A stretch of DNA of 63,318 bases, filler included, from Choristocarpus tenellus KU-1152 (lineage: Eukaryota > Protista > Phaeophyceae): assembly GCA_964200185.2 (NCBI GenBank). It is 9 parts of 9 records of this genome, joined end to end, with 100 filler letters (N's around TTAATTAATTAA, not from the genome) between each part and the next. Parts side by side here need not be neighbours in the genome. Positions count along the whole stretch, not along the records: positions 50,422 to 55,553 come from CAXNAD020011773.1; positions 55,654 to 59,793 come from CAXNAD020016016.1; positions 59,894 to 63,318 come from CAXNAD020020124.1; 6 more parts are not named here. The stretch is one strand, 5' to 3'. The stretch's first letter is position 1. Each line of letters opens with the position of its first letter. The notes beneath the pieces were generated by a model, which was not told where the DNA came from, searched no databases, and saw only the letters and a program-made list of their open reading frames with translations. Below are positions 51,391 through 63,318 of this stretch, piece by piece. Both the position numbers and the translations under genes were made by a program.

Positions 51391-54300
51391 ATTATCGAGA
51401 AGGACTCGTCTCTACGCGCTTACCTCACCACCTGGGATGGTAAATACCAGGATGTACTCAACCGGGTCAACCTCCACCAGGTCCACAGCGGGCGGGGCTG
51501 TGATGGCGGTGGCGCAGAAGTGGAGAGGTCTTTTGGATCGGCATCAAATGACCGTGAGAAAGAAGACGAGGGAGTGGACAAAGACGTCGAAGATAATGAA
51601 GACGTCAGAGGGAACGGACTACCAGAAAGGGAGGATGCGGGCGAAGGGGGTTCTGTCGGCAGTGTTCCTGGTGCTCCGGAAGAAATGCAAAACGAAGAGG
51701 GAGGGTGGAACGTGGGCATTTGCTGTACTGAATGCAATCCTCCACCAACGTCTCGGTGAGTAATGTAGTTGTAACGGTACACGTGTAGGGCGGAGTGAAA
51801 TTAATAGCGTAAGATTGGTTTCCATCCAATCCCCCGAACGGTTAGATACGTTGTATCTTTTCAGCGGCACACGCCATTGAACCGGTGGAATGTTGCGGGG
51901 TCTCCCTGTGTGCAGTGCTGCGGTAGTTACCCCCTTTGTCTCTTTACTTACCACAGTCCGATTGTGTGTTAATAATGCATGTACATCACCGACTGTTGTT
52001 TCTCACCTGTACTGTTTTGCGCTGCCAATTTCGTGATCCTTCGTAACCGTAGATTCCCGCGCTGCGTTGTTGTGCCCAATTGGTTATTTGGAAAAATACT
52101 ATCCTGTCTGTTTAATGCTCTCGTCCGATGACACGCGCGACAGGTATTCGTGCCCAAGGTGCTCAATCACGCATATGGGCGAATGTGCCAACGCGGAGAT
52201 TGTAGGCGAGGAAAGGGACAAGGATCGATTATGTAGCAATTGCCCCATGGCACAGGAGGGCAGTGAAGGGTCTGGATCGGTGGGGAAGGAAGCGGCGGAT
52301 CGGGACAGGGGCAAGGGCAAGGGTAAGGCTCGCGCAAGGAGCGTGGGCGGGTCACCCACTAACCAAAGCCTTTTAGGTCCCTCCTCACGCAGTGAAACGA
52401 CCGACATGGAGAAGTACATGTGGGTATCGGCGTTGTTGCACATTATACAGACACATAAGTCGTCTCTGCGTGTTTGTTTTCACGTTGGTTTGCACATAGG
52501 TCTTGGCTGCTTGTACATCAAGTGAATTGCTCATCTTTTGTACCTTAGACGTGTCGCTTTTTTTGGAGGGTTCCATGGGCCATGGAACTTAGTGTTTTGA
52601 CATCTACCCTCCTTCCACGATCTGTATCTGATGAGTCTGGCGTTGTGGAGGGTACGGCCTGATATTTTGTAGATGCCGTGGAAATATTGTCACTCACTTA
52701 ATGAAAAGATTGCCTGCACCGTAGCTTACTATGCCGTCCTTCTTGTCGTGCTGTCTGTCTACTGTGTCGTGTGTCATGATGTCCAAGCAGGAATGAGAAC
52801 ACTGCACTACACGACCTTTGCCCTCTCGACCCCACTATATCACAAGACCAACTTGGTGATTTCGCCTTCCAAAGCTCGCCATAGTGTCCATTGCCGCCGA
52901 GCCAAGACTCCTCATCGACGAAGAGGCGACCAACACACACCTGCGCGAGATGCTTCAATGCTTGCAGGGTAAGATGCATCCTCAGGGCACCATCGCGCTC
53001 ACTGTGCCCCACCCGTGGAAGGTGCATTTACACCGCCTAAACGGTGAGTTGCAGAGTTCGCCAGCGCTGAAATACAGGGGGTATTGCGGGAGACTATTGA
53101 AATCCACCATGACTGTTATCATTCCGTCTGTGTGCTGATCGAATATTGTGCCACCGTTCAGGAGATACGGATTAGGTTGTGTGTATTCCTATATTTTCCA
53201 CTTTCCCCATGTTGTTTCATGTCCTTCGTACCTTCCACTTCCTTTTGTGTCGCTTGCCCTTTCCCCCCGGCAACTACGTACTTTTTTGTTTCATTGTCCA
53301 TTTTTTCGCATGCTGGCATTACTCGTCTTCACTACATTTTTTTGCCATATTTACTTCTATTCTTACTTCATCTCCTATTGTTTGCAAATTTTGCATTGGT
53401 TATTTGCCTTGCGTTCAACACTCATTGTACTATTATAATGTTAGTGGTATGAGATTTCATGAATCCCTACGATAACTACTTGTTTGATGTCACTGTCAAG
53501 TTTGACGCATGCTGGACCCACGCGCTCACTCCCGCCTTCTCTTCATTCAGAGGCCCTTACTGCGTTGAAGGTAGGCTTGATTGTGGAGGATCATCCCCTA
53601 ACCCTAATATACACGACGAGGAGGGGGGGGCGCCCTCAATTAGGCACAGATACCATCTCAGATGTTGTCAGGACATGATTCTTCTCGCGCACAACGATGG
53701 GACTATGTTCACATGCAACAAGCGAGTCACCGTCGACGACATCTTTGGCCACGAGCGTGATGCATCTCCTCCGGTACTCCAAACCATGTTGGACGTCGAA
53801 TACGAAGGTGCTGCCTCGGACATCCCCATGAGGGCCCTCCTCTTCCTCCTTAACAGGTTCGTTAATGACGTCACACACATCCTTCATCACTGGAGCATTG
53901 GTTTATTTGTTTTTTGTAGAAGGTGTAGGACATCGTTAAACAGTAACAGAACGAGCCAGGTGACGGTTCAGGGGCGTCAATCCATCCCTTGAGTTTGTTT
54001 CCCGAATCGGTACGTTAAGCGTCGAAACACACAAAGAGAATGTTGCCCTGTATCGGAACGTACTGCATACACTGCGAAATGATGAATCCGTGCGCAATAC
54101 AATATACCACATTAGGGCTAATTTACAAACTGCCTCCCACGCTAGGTACACGAATGCTGGGGACACCGTCGTCTCCTACAGTGCAGAGAGGCACAATGTG
54201 ATGGAGGCGGCCCTTGAACGGAGCAGGAGGGTGGAGGTGTTCGTGTCCAACGCGGCGTCAAAGGACGAGGTGAAGGAGAAGATGGACACGGCCTTTGGCC

Positions 54301-54906
54301 AAGCCTACGAGGACGGCAAGTGAAAGGTAAGAAGGGTGTGCTGGCTTCTTTTTCCATTGCTTTCCAACTTGTTGTTTGCCTACTAACCCTATGGATAGGT
54401 CTCGGGCTTGCAATTATACTGATGATGTTTCCTTGTAGATGTTTACACGTTGCCAGCAGAGTGCATGCAGTTACCCACACCACCGCTGGAAATCGCGAGT
54501 CCCCAAGACTTTGCTGCGATCGTCGGTACGTCGTAATGTCCTCCATCCCCGCGCGAACAAAAAATAAAAAAAACGTGCTGCAGTACATCACAACATCTTT
54601 AACCAACTAACCCTAATCCATACATATATGACAAAACCTTATCGCATGGCTAACCCACTTCACTGCGACATTGTTGGACTGTCACATGTACGCACGTAAT
54701 GCTACAGGTAGCCACGTCTCTCGCTCAAGAACGCGTAATAGGCCCTTCCTGCCTGACGAGAGCCTTAGGGCAGACCCTCGTCCCAACAGAGATGCATCGA
54801 TGTTTTGCTGAGGCCGTCCATCCTCAGGGAAAGGCGATGGGATTCGATGAGGCGACCATTTTCGTTGCGAAGGCGGTGGCGACGGACTTTGGCTACCAGA
54901 TCGAGG
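51391..54906 (+). CDS. Multi-exon gene or pseudogene: PHD-like finger + degenerate beta-class N4C/N6A DNA methyltransferase fold
   Basis: Exons 51391-51755, 52144-52419, ~52549-52651, 52885-53043, 53454-53856, 54146-~54315, ~54439-54521, ~54708-54906. CTEC..SR|YSCPRCSITHMGEC...CSNC; LREMLQCLQGKMHPQGTIAL; IPMRALLFLLNR|YTNAGDTVVSYSAERHNVMEAALERSRR. Exon 3 does not splice cleanly (TGA at 52598 or a frameshift). Confidence 0.6.
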
Positions 54907-54923
54907 TGAATGTGGTATAGAAC

Positions 54924-55266
54924 GAGTGAAACAATCTTAGAGGGTACGAATTTTTCCCTGATTGTCCATTTGTGGGGCTTGACTCCCCATGAGTTTTTTA
55001 TGACATTTTCCGACTCCAAAATGTTTCGGAGTAGGTAAAAGGTATACATTTGTGGGGTTTGGCTTCCCATGGGTTTCTTAATGACATCACCCGGCTCTGA
55101 AAATGTTTCGGAGCATGTAAAACGTACACGTTATGAAAGGTGTGTCCGAAACATAGATATTGACACTTCCTAACAAGTACGATATCCAAGATTTCATCAA
55201 AATCGCAACATCGTGTTCTGACCCTCAAATGGACGTGGCTCTACCCTCTATAAGATACTTTGGCTG
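54924..55266. mobile_element. MITE family A copy with an internal duplication
   Basis: Same termini as other copies. The cattt-gtgggg...aaaatgtttcggag block occurs twice (~54967 and ~55047). Confidence 0.85.
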
Positions 55267-55897
55267 GAATGCGCTAACGTACGTATTTTGTGAAGATCGA
55301 ACGGCAGAGTTTAGTTACCCACACGCAGAAAATACTATTTTTTTTAATTCCCGAGTCCTAACCCACCTAATGCGGCACCCAAATACATCACGTACAAAAA
55401 TATGGACCTTACAGGTAAGTATTACATCGGTAGTGTGTTCGACTTTTTGTCACAATAAGGTTGCCATCTTTGCACCACCTTCTTCAGACGATATTACCTC
55501 CAATTCACGAACATTCATGAATCGCCGTACTCTAACCCCTCACCTACGCACCCNNNNNNNNNNNNNNNNNNNNNNNNNNNNNNNNNNNNNNNNNNNNTTA
55601 ATTAATTAANNNNNNNNNNNNNNNNNNNNNNNNNNNNNNNNNNNNNNNNNNNNCCCCCCCCAGATACTTTGGGCCACACAAATGCCAAGCAAGTAGGGCA
55701 TTCAACTACTTTGCCCCACTGCCGTTTCCCTACCTGGTTCCACTACAACCCTGTATAGGGGGATAGATCGTCCCTACTCCTCCAGGCCCTTCAACATCAT
55801 ATACCATGGCGGTACATACACAACAGCGAAACAAGGAGGTTGGGCTGTGGTTCAACTCCCTTGGGGGTGCAGGACCCAAACACCTGCCCTTTCTCAC

Positions 55898-58800
55898 CTG
55901 CAGCTTTTCCATTGGGATCGGATAGAAAGTAAGGAGGTAGTCAAAGTCTTCCTTGTTCAAGATTAGCATCTCCACTCTTGTTGATGCGCGTACCTCGACC
56001 AATACTTGAAACCGAATATTGTCGGGCACCAGCAGAGTTGCATGCCCAAGATGTTGGCCCTCCCTGATTTGGACGAACACAGGCACAGCAAAGGTACACG
56101 GTGCAGGGCAGCATGTAAGCGACAAGTCAAATCACTTCAGAAAGGGGTGCTCTTCTTCCAACCCAAAAAAATACCCCTCCGAGAGGGTGAGGCTAGTGGT
56201 GCATTGTGAATACATTTCCTGCCAGTTGCCATCCTATTTATCGAACAAGTCTGTCGTGCAAAGAACGAGGGAGGTCTGTCCCCATCTTCCCCTCATCTGT
56301 GTTCTCAAGGACACATTCTACTTGATGTGGTAAGTAAACTGTATTTATTATTCTTTACCATACACGTTTCGCTTCTTTTTCCCTCCATAATGACAATGTC
56401 GGCAAAATGTCAGTCGGCAGAATAATATATATTGTGTACCAGGACCTCGCCCGTAGGTTTATTAGTTATTTAGAATGATTATTTGTCAGAAATGTATTGC
56501 AGGTAGCAAATTTTCTTCAAACATTTTCCTGAACTTTTCCTCACTTATCAGGAGAAGTAGAGGATTGAAGAGTTGTTGAACTTGAACATTTTTCATGAGC
56601 AAAGATTTGTTCCTACCACGTACCAACACAACAATACCTTATCCAATTTCATCCGCTTATTAGCCACACACAGTCAACCACAGCAGGATCACTCTGCCCC
56701 AACCACTCAATCATGCAATTAATACAGCAGCAAGGAGAGACTGCTACTACCAGCTCAATTGATCTCAGCAGGGGTATTGACCCCGCGTAAGCACCAGTAC
56801 TCAGCAGTTCTTTGAGCTTATCAAGGAAAACAACCTTGAGGTGATCATCTAAGTGTATGACACTTTCATCTATAATCTCTGACAAGGACGTGACATCTAG
56901 AGTTCTCAGCTATTAATAGCTTTGGAGATGTAATTTATCTATGTAACCCCACTACTGCAGCTATGTAGACAGGGTGCATTAAATATTGCATGACATAGTC
57001 ACCTCGCCAGTTACCCACAGCACAGCGACTGCTAAAAAAAATAAGGAAACACAGTGCTTGAATATTGGAGTGTTTCAGGACCAAACCATGGTGAAACACC
57101 ACGTTCCTGTACGCAGGGGTCTCTATACATGCTGCTCTTCTGAGACAGGTATATGTGCGGACTAAGAAACAGGATTGGTTGGAGGGAAGTTCTGGTCTTC
57201 ATTTTCTCCTGTTAAAAAAATGAAAGAAAGAGGTGTTCATGAAACAGAAGGTTTCGACATGCATAAATTCACATACCTTATAGGCTACAAAGTCATGATG
57301 TCTGCATGCATTGCTTCTTTTATTTTGTCATCCTTCTACCTTATAGTGTGTTCGGAACTCCGTAGTTATAAAGGCCGGTTCCTTTCTGAGGTCTGCAGGG
57401 TCCGAATCTGCCCCTCGGTCGATTCCTTCCCAGGGGGAAAAGAATCTGGTCCGATGATTGACATATATATATATATATTGTACATCTCTACTCTCTTATT
57501 TGGTCACTACACACCACAAAAATGCAGGAACTCCGAAACAAGGTGGCAAGGTTATACTACAGACTGACGATAAGGTGAGTATTGCACAAGGTCAAAGGGA
57601 TGAGGCTGAGGGACAAGAGGTGGGATGCCTGAAACCCAATGTGCAAGAAGCAAGTTATGCATACAAACAGTACATTTAGTCGCAGTACTACATCTAGGTA
57701 CTAAGTGCATGTTATACTTCGTAAAAAGTAGTGGCACAAGTGTTTAATTACTCTGACCATGGGTTGGGCTAATCCCCAGCCCGAATGTGAAAGGCATTGA
57801 GAAGAACCTAACGATAACATCACCAGCACCTGTAACAACACAAAATTGCCCCGGTCTTGGCTTCTCTGCACTCGCAGATCCCATGAAGCAAAAAAAACAT
57901 CTCCCGAGCCCCTAAACGTGGCGATACCACCATGTCCCCCTTAACATACTCCCCTGGTCTAAGCCGCGGAAGCTGTGGGGAGTATGGCAGGACAGGGAGA
58001 GGGATGGAAGGGTATGAAAGGGTGAAAAAGAAGGGCCAGAAGGCGGCATTGCCAAAGACAATGAATGCTTCAAAGGCATTATGGTGGAGATGACTGTTGC
58101 TAGACACTTGTTTATCCTGTTCGAAATGGTCAAGTCCTTCAGAGATACATGCATCTTCACCAAATTGCATCCCTGTTCTCACTCTATCGATTTGACAAGC
58201 TAATGCAAAGAATTATGCCAGAGCACCAAACTCATCCCCGTCGCCCCCCTTAACCCTATATGACAGGCTCAAAGTATCTGGGGGGGGGGTGACTGCTTGG
58301 GGTAAAGTTTTTCATGTCGCGATTTTTGCGTGGTTTGGTTGCATACGTCGGACGGATAATGAAAGTGTACTTTACCTGGTTATGGCCCAAATGGACACCC
58401 TGGTGTAGACCCCCCCCCCAGATACTTTGGGTCACATAGCCCCTACCCTTGCCGTTCGTTGTGTGGTTGAGATCCTTACCCCAACCCATTATTGTCCTTA
58501 AGAGGGGCGTATGAGGACTGTATCAGACTCACCACAATGCTCAAGAAACCAGGGAATAAAACCTCTATTCCACACAGAAGAGGCAGCCTTGGTAGTGACC
58601 CTCGGTAGACGTAAAGAATTGCAGGTATACGAAGAAAAGGTGGAAGGGCAGACAATATTTCACTTTCAGGAAAGACCTGGACAGGTTCCGAGGAGGGGGT
58701 GGTGAGGGAGAGTAAAATGTTTACAGCAGGCATCAGTACACAAGGAAATCTCATGTTGAAGAGGCGGCCAGCTCGCTCCTCAAAGAGTGATAATGGAACA

Positions 58801-59362
58801 AAGGGTGCCTATTAATAACTTCCTATTTCCAAGAATGCAAGACCACACCATTGGTCGTTGAGCTCTACTGGTGTAACGAGACATATGAAATACTTTGGCA
58901 TTATTACCGAGTTAAAGTGGAGCTTGAAATTGAAGTGCCTCTTCATCCCTGCCTTCTGCCCTTGGGTCAGGTTCAAATCCCGCAAGTATTCAGAGAGGTA
59001 TTCCACCTGCCCAGGAAAAAGTATAAATTGAGAAAATACCGTATAGAAAAAATGGGAGACGACGAGAACAATAATGGTACAGTCACAGCAGTTAGATACG
59101 AAATCCGTTCCATACCAACACCATAGGTTCGCCAGGGTGTCAGAATTCAATTAAGGCGAAGTCAAACTGAGAGTGACACCCCCCCAACAAAGTTTTTCTG
59201 AGCTGGTCCTTCAATCTGTAACACACACCTGTTGCTTGCGCAATCGCTCCTGAGGGTCCAGGTTGAGTACAATGCTAACGAGTGCACCAATAACATATGC
59301 AAACAGGGTTGTACCCGCTACCTGACTGATGATCGCCGTCATCATCTCCAACACATTACTAG
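55898..59362 (-). CDS. Cyclic-nucleotide-binding-domain cation channel (CNG/HCN/EAG-like): S6, C-linker and cNMP exons
   Basis: SQVAGTTLFAYVIGALVSIVLNLDPQERLRKQQ|VEYLSEYLRDLNL...|VFPESEILSALPPFLR...|LPRLRPGEYVKGDMVV...EMFFLLHGICEC...CYR|EGQHLGHATLL...VRASTRVEMLILNKEDFDYLLTFYP. Partial gene bounded by contig ends. Confidence 0.88.
58266..58433. mobile_element. MITE family B complete copy (168 bp), TSD ACA
   Basis: GGCTCAAAGTATCTGGGGG ... CCCCCAGATACTTTGGGTC, flanked by aca/aca. Other full or partial copies at ~23772, 23933, 29955, 31376-31555, 34740-34922, 38310, 43410, 43633-43815, 55654. Confidence 0.9.
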
Positions 59363-60313
59363 CTGCTCGTTGCATGTTATCATTGGTGTTGTCGTGGGGA
59401 TAGAGGGAGAGAGGTGAGATGTCAAGGGGTTAGAACCGACAAGAAAGGTCAACTTTCTCGTAAGCATGCAAGAACATTGCGCACGTCCCTGGCTTACTAA
59501 TATAGTAATTTACTTCATACTACTTGGACAGCAGAACAAGAAAAGCAAGCAAGCAGGCTCCTGCATGCTTCAGGCCCGCTCATCAATGTCCTTGAATGTG
59601 AATTGAAAGGGCACTATGTCGAACAATGCACGGGTGTGTTGTACACACACTTGATACATACACATGCATGCATTACAATAGTGTTCCCTCAATAATCCAC
59701 TGATAGCATACCTTGTTTTCAAAACACCCGAGAGCCAAAGTATCTTAGAGGGTAGGGCCTCGTCCATTTGGGGTCAAAATCCAATGTTGTGATNNNNNNN
59801 NNNNNNNNNNNNNNNNNNNNNNNNNNNNNNNNNNNNNTTAATTAATTAANNNNNNNNNNNNNNNNNNNNNNNNNNNNNNNNNNNNNNNNNNNNTTTTCGG
59901 GGGTTTTCGGTTGGCTTAGATTGTGCGTAGGAGGGGGGGGGTGGGGGTGGGGGGGGGGGGGAGGGGGGGGGGGTAGGACACACCCCAAGTGAAAAAGTAC
60001 TGTTGAGATTTGTTGGGTATGTAAACGTGCTGATTGATCAAGGGATCTTGCGGACAGTGCTGATAGGACAATTGATGTTGTGAACCATAGGCTGTGACCC
60101 AGAGTATCATAGAGGGGGGGACAAGCGTCTATTTGGGACCTGTGGGAACATGGAGTGAATTTCATGTTATATGAGTGAGCGTGTCAGGTGTAATGGCGAT
60201 TTCCTTTAACTGAGCAGGTTGTACTTTTCCACTCCTCCGCCTGAACCAAATCCTAAGAAAAATTGCCCACAAAAATGGGCATCAAACGGGAGTATCCTAC
60301 AACACACCATTAA

Positions 60314-60571
60314 GAGCCAAAGTATCTTAGAGGGTAGGGCCGTGTCCATTTTGGGGGCCAAAATCCAATGTTGCGATTTTGATGTAATTTTGGCTATCGT
60401 GTTTTTTAGAAAGGGTCAATATCCTTGATCCGGACACACTTTTTCATAACATACACATTTTACCTACTCCGAAGCACTTTGGAGTAGAAAAATGCCATTA
60501 AAAAAACATGGGAAGCCAAGCCCCAAATGGATATACAGGGCAAAACTTGTACCCTCTAGATACTCTCACTC
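60314..60571. mobile_element. MITE family A complete copy (258 bp), TSD TAA
   Basis: GAGCCAAAGTATCTTAGAGGGTA ... TACCCTCTAGATACTCTCACTC, flanked by taa/taa. Confidence 0.9.
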
Positions 60572-61227
60572 TAAGCTCAAGATGGACAACATGACCTAAA
60601 CAAACACCCCTCTAAGATACTATAGGTCTGGTGTGTGCATGCACCATGAATTCACGTCTTGTCATTAGTCAGAAACGTTGCCTTTGGGAAACCAACAAAT
60701 TTTCCATCCTGAAAATTTCGCATGAATTGTTTCTGGGAATACTACCAAACTGAGTGCGTATCGTGTGGATTTGAGGGTGTTTGGTTTGAGAGCAATAGTG
60801 TGCGCGTCTATGGCAGCTGGGTGATCTAATGCGAGAAGAGAATGCAACATCTTATTGGGATATTTTTACAAAGAGGTAAGCTGGGGAGATACTCTGGGGG
60901 GTACATGTCTGTGACTGTGGTTGACAGATTGGGGTATGGCGATTAATTTATTTTCACAAGAGGGTCTTGATTCTCTTTGATGGTAGGAGAGAAAGAAGAA
61001 TGGTGCGGAATGCCTGACGGCACTTTTGGAGAGACATGGAGGATGGAGATACGTTCCTAAGAAGTGTACAGAGACGATGATTTTGCACACCTGCCGCCTC
61101 TATTTCGGTGATGCTTGTGCGCCACAGTGCAGGATATACTACCAATCTATAGCATTTTTTATGCCCTGTTATCGCAAGGCCAACTCTCAAACTTGATCGA
61201 TACGACTACGCATACTGTTAGGAGAAG

Positions 61228-61228
<1 letters not shown>

Positions 61229-61272
<44 letters not shown>
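61229..61272. repeat. Compound microsatellite (TA)n(TG)n(TA)n; also (GAGC)n(GA)n at ~62447-62485 and (GGAAGT)n at ~19860-19902
   Basis: Directly visible in sequence. Confidence 0.9.
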
Positions 61273-61500
61273 GTTAAGAACGAAGTGTGGCGTGTACCTG
61301 CCTCGAATACAAAGACTTCATACCTTGGGAGTGACACCATGTAACAGAGACACACCTAGTGAATATACACATAGATGGATGGGCGTGATGACTCTGCTTG
61401 CCCACTGGGACATATCTCTTCTGGCAACGACGGGAACTGGAGACGATATTAGCTCGACCGCACGCACAGGGTTTTAGATGCGACGAGATGCAACACGCAC

Positions 61501-61640
61501 ATGTCTGCCAGGAGTTGAAGGGGATCAACAGGTCGGATATCAGCGATAAGACCAAGGGCACTCTCCAATGCTGCTGACACTCCGGTCTGTTCCAAGTACT
61601 CCTTAGCAGAAAGAGATCTGAGAAATCTTGACCTCGTCAA
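61501..61640 (-). CDS. Exon encoding an RIIa/Dpy-30-like dimerisation-docking domain (TPGS1-like N-terminus possible)
   Basis: SAKEYLEQTGVSAALESALGLIADIRPVDPLQLLAD fits the YL...V...L..AL..L...RP.DP...LA pattern. Donor gtgcgt at 61500; a plausible next exon lies at ~61191-61071. Confidence 0.65.
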
Positions 61641-63318
61641 TCGCTCGTCACTTTGCTCTTGTGGTAGCTCACGCTCGTGCTGCTTGCAATCATAGGCGAT
61701 TGGTCAAGGCCATAACAGCACAAAACACTTCAGTACAACAAATCCATATCATCATGGAAAAGTGAGCAAAGATGCACACTCCATTCAATCGTCAAGTAAT
61801 GCATTCCTTATCTTCTTGACTTGGATGCACTTTTTGTCACATATGAGTGCAATGATCGTGATAGTGGAGGAAATGATCGTCGATCTCTCTACTTTCGAGG
61901 GACGAAATTAATGATATATACGAAGAATGAGATAGCACGGACAAGGCGGACGCCGTGTAACAACCCTAGTGTCGTACACGAACTCATAAGCAAGGAATTT
62001 TTATTAACATACCTGATCATCCACCTTTGCTTCCACCTCTTGCATTGCTCACGACCAGAAGGTTTTAAAAAAATGTATCAAAATGAAACGAACCCTTCTC
62101 TACACTAATTTAACATCCAACACACAACAGGAAAAATGACATCACCTGGGGAAGGCATCCTTGATTATTAGATTAAGACGTATATAATAAATATACATAA
62201 GATGTCGTATGAGACCTGCGGCTTTCTTCTAACCAACACACCAGGAACCTCGGAGTTCACCACAAGGGAGTGACAAAGAGCACAGCGCAGGCAGAGCGCA
62301 CAACCGTAGGCTTGTACGCCAACTTCCAAACGTATTGCATAATTCAGGCGGAGCCTGTGGGGTGGGACGAAGTGCACCTGCCCTTGCATAAATCAAGAGT
62401 GTTCCTGAGTTGGGAGGCCTTGTTCCGTCAAGCAATTTCCTGTACGGAGAGCGAGCGAGCGAGCGAGCGAGAGAGAGAGAGAGAGCTTGCCCAAAAAACC
62501 AACGTGGAAGTTTGTGATTGGTTGAACTTCGTTGCCATTCACTTGCTAGCTCTCCCTATTGATTCCACATCTAGAGAGGCCCCATCGGCTCGGACAAGGA
62601 ACTAAGCTATTATGGTGAGCAAGAGCATACATTGCTTCCTGAGACTGTTCAAGAGTTTATTATGCAGCTGTTGGGTTTCTTGACAGAAATGGACCGACAT
62701 AGCCCGCTTGTGTTTTTCCATCTTTGGCTGCACCCGAGGATTCATGGGTTGCACAAGCATCTCACAGTTTGATTCGGTTGCTAGACCTGCTTTTCTCAAT
62801 AGTCGCGGTCGTTGCATGCGAATTTTCTGAGTTTCGTTATCATCTGACAACGTTACTCGGTTGCTAGACCTAGGCCTTTCATTTGGCACGGTCGTCGTAC
62901 GTGAAGGCACACCCCTCGTCGGTGATAGCTGGAGTCAAGGAATGACTCACTTCGATTGGGTCCGAGGTTTGTCCTTTCATCCAAAATCATGCCACACTTT
63001 GTATGATGCATCCCATATGATCTGGTTGGCATGTTCATTTTCTGTGTAGCGCTCACAAAGTTGTAGGTAGTGCCGCACGCGCAGCCCACCTGTTAATTGA
63101 TAAATTTGCTCCATCTGAAGTATCATGTCATCGATGATTATGAGCCTGGAGAAGTCTATAGCTGTAGGTCTGAATGCCGTCTCTTCTTCCTATCATCTTG
63201 TTTTCGCAAGTTGAGGGTTCCTCAATCTTCCTACCGATGGAACAAATCCTTATGTTGCTGTGTGCCCCTACAACGTTTCACGGCGAACTAACTCACCATC
63301 TAGTTTCGCCCCCCGCCC

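Noticed and set aside
50888-55266. Composite transposon made of two MITEs flanking the PHD-methyltransferase-like gene
   Set aside because: The outer flanks share no TSD, each MITE looks independently inserted, and MITE density makes such pairs expected.
12076-59893. Recurrent TTAATTAATTAA palindromes, and gene neighbourhoods across them
   Set aside because: Artificial linkers embedded in N runs, so linkage between contigs cannot be interpreted.

Overview
Intron-rich, repeat-rich eukaryotic DNA. It is probably a stramenopile such as a brown alga, which is an inference from gene content, intron style and interstitial CCCTAA. The window is nine contigs joined by eight artificial 100-nt N-TTAATTAATTAA-N linkers, so adjacency across linkers is not biological. 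Host genes and fragments: an SLC12 cation-chloride cotransporter exon; a 3-exon zinc finger + TruA/Pus1-like + 2OG-Fe(II) dioxygenase fusion; an intron-containing bactofilin-like gene; a GH16 beta-1,3-glucanase with a GC-AG intron; tRNA-Ser(CGA); an HMGB-type HMG-box gene; a multi-exon PHD-like + degenerate beta-class N4C/N6A methyltransferase-fold gene; a cyclic-nucleotide-binding cation channel; and a dimerisation/docking-domain exon. Mobile DNA: a decayed near-full-length Ty1/copia element, other LTR remnants, CRE-type (REL endonuclease) non-LTR elements, and two related MITE families with 3-bp TSDs. Best leads: (1) the TruA-like domain has lost its catalytic Asp and RxY Tyr while the fused dioxygenase is intact; (2) a PHD-fused dead beta-class methyltransferase fold; (3) a spliced eukaryotic bactofilin. 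All protein family calls are by eye from motifs; no database search was run.
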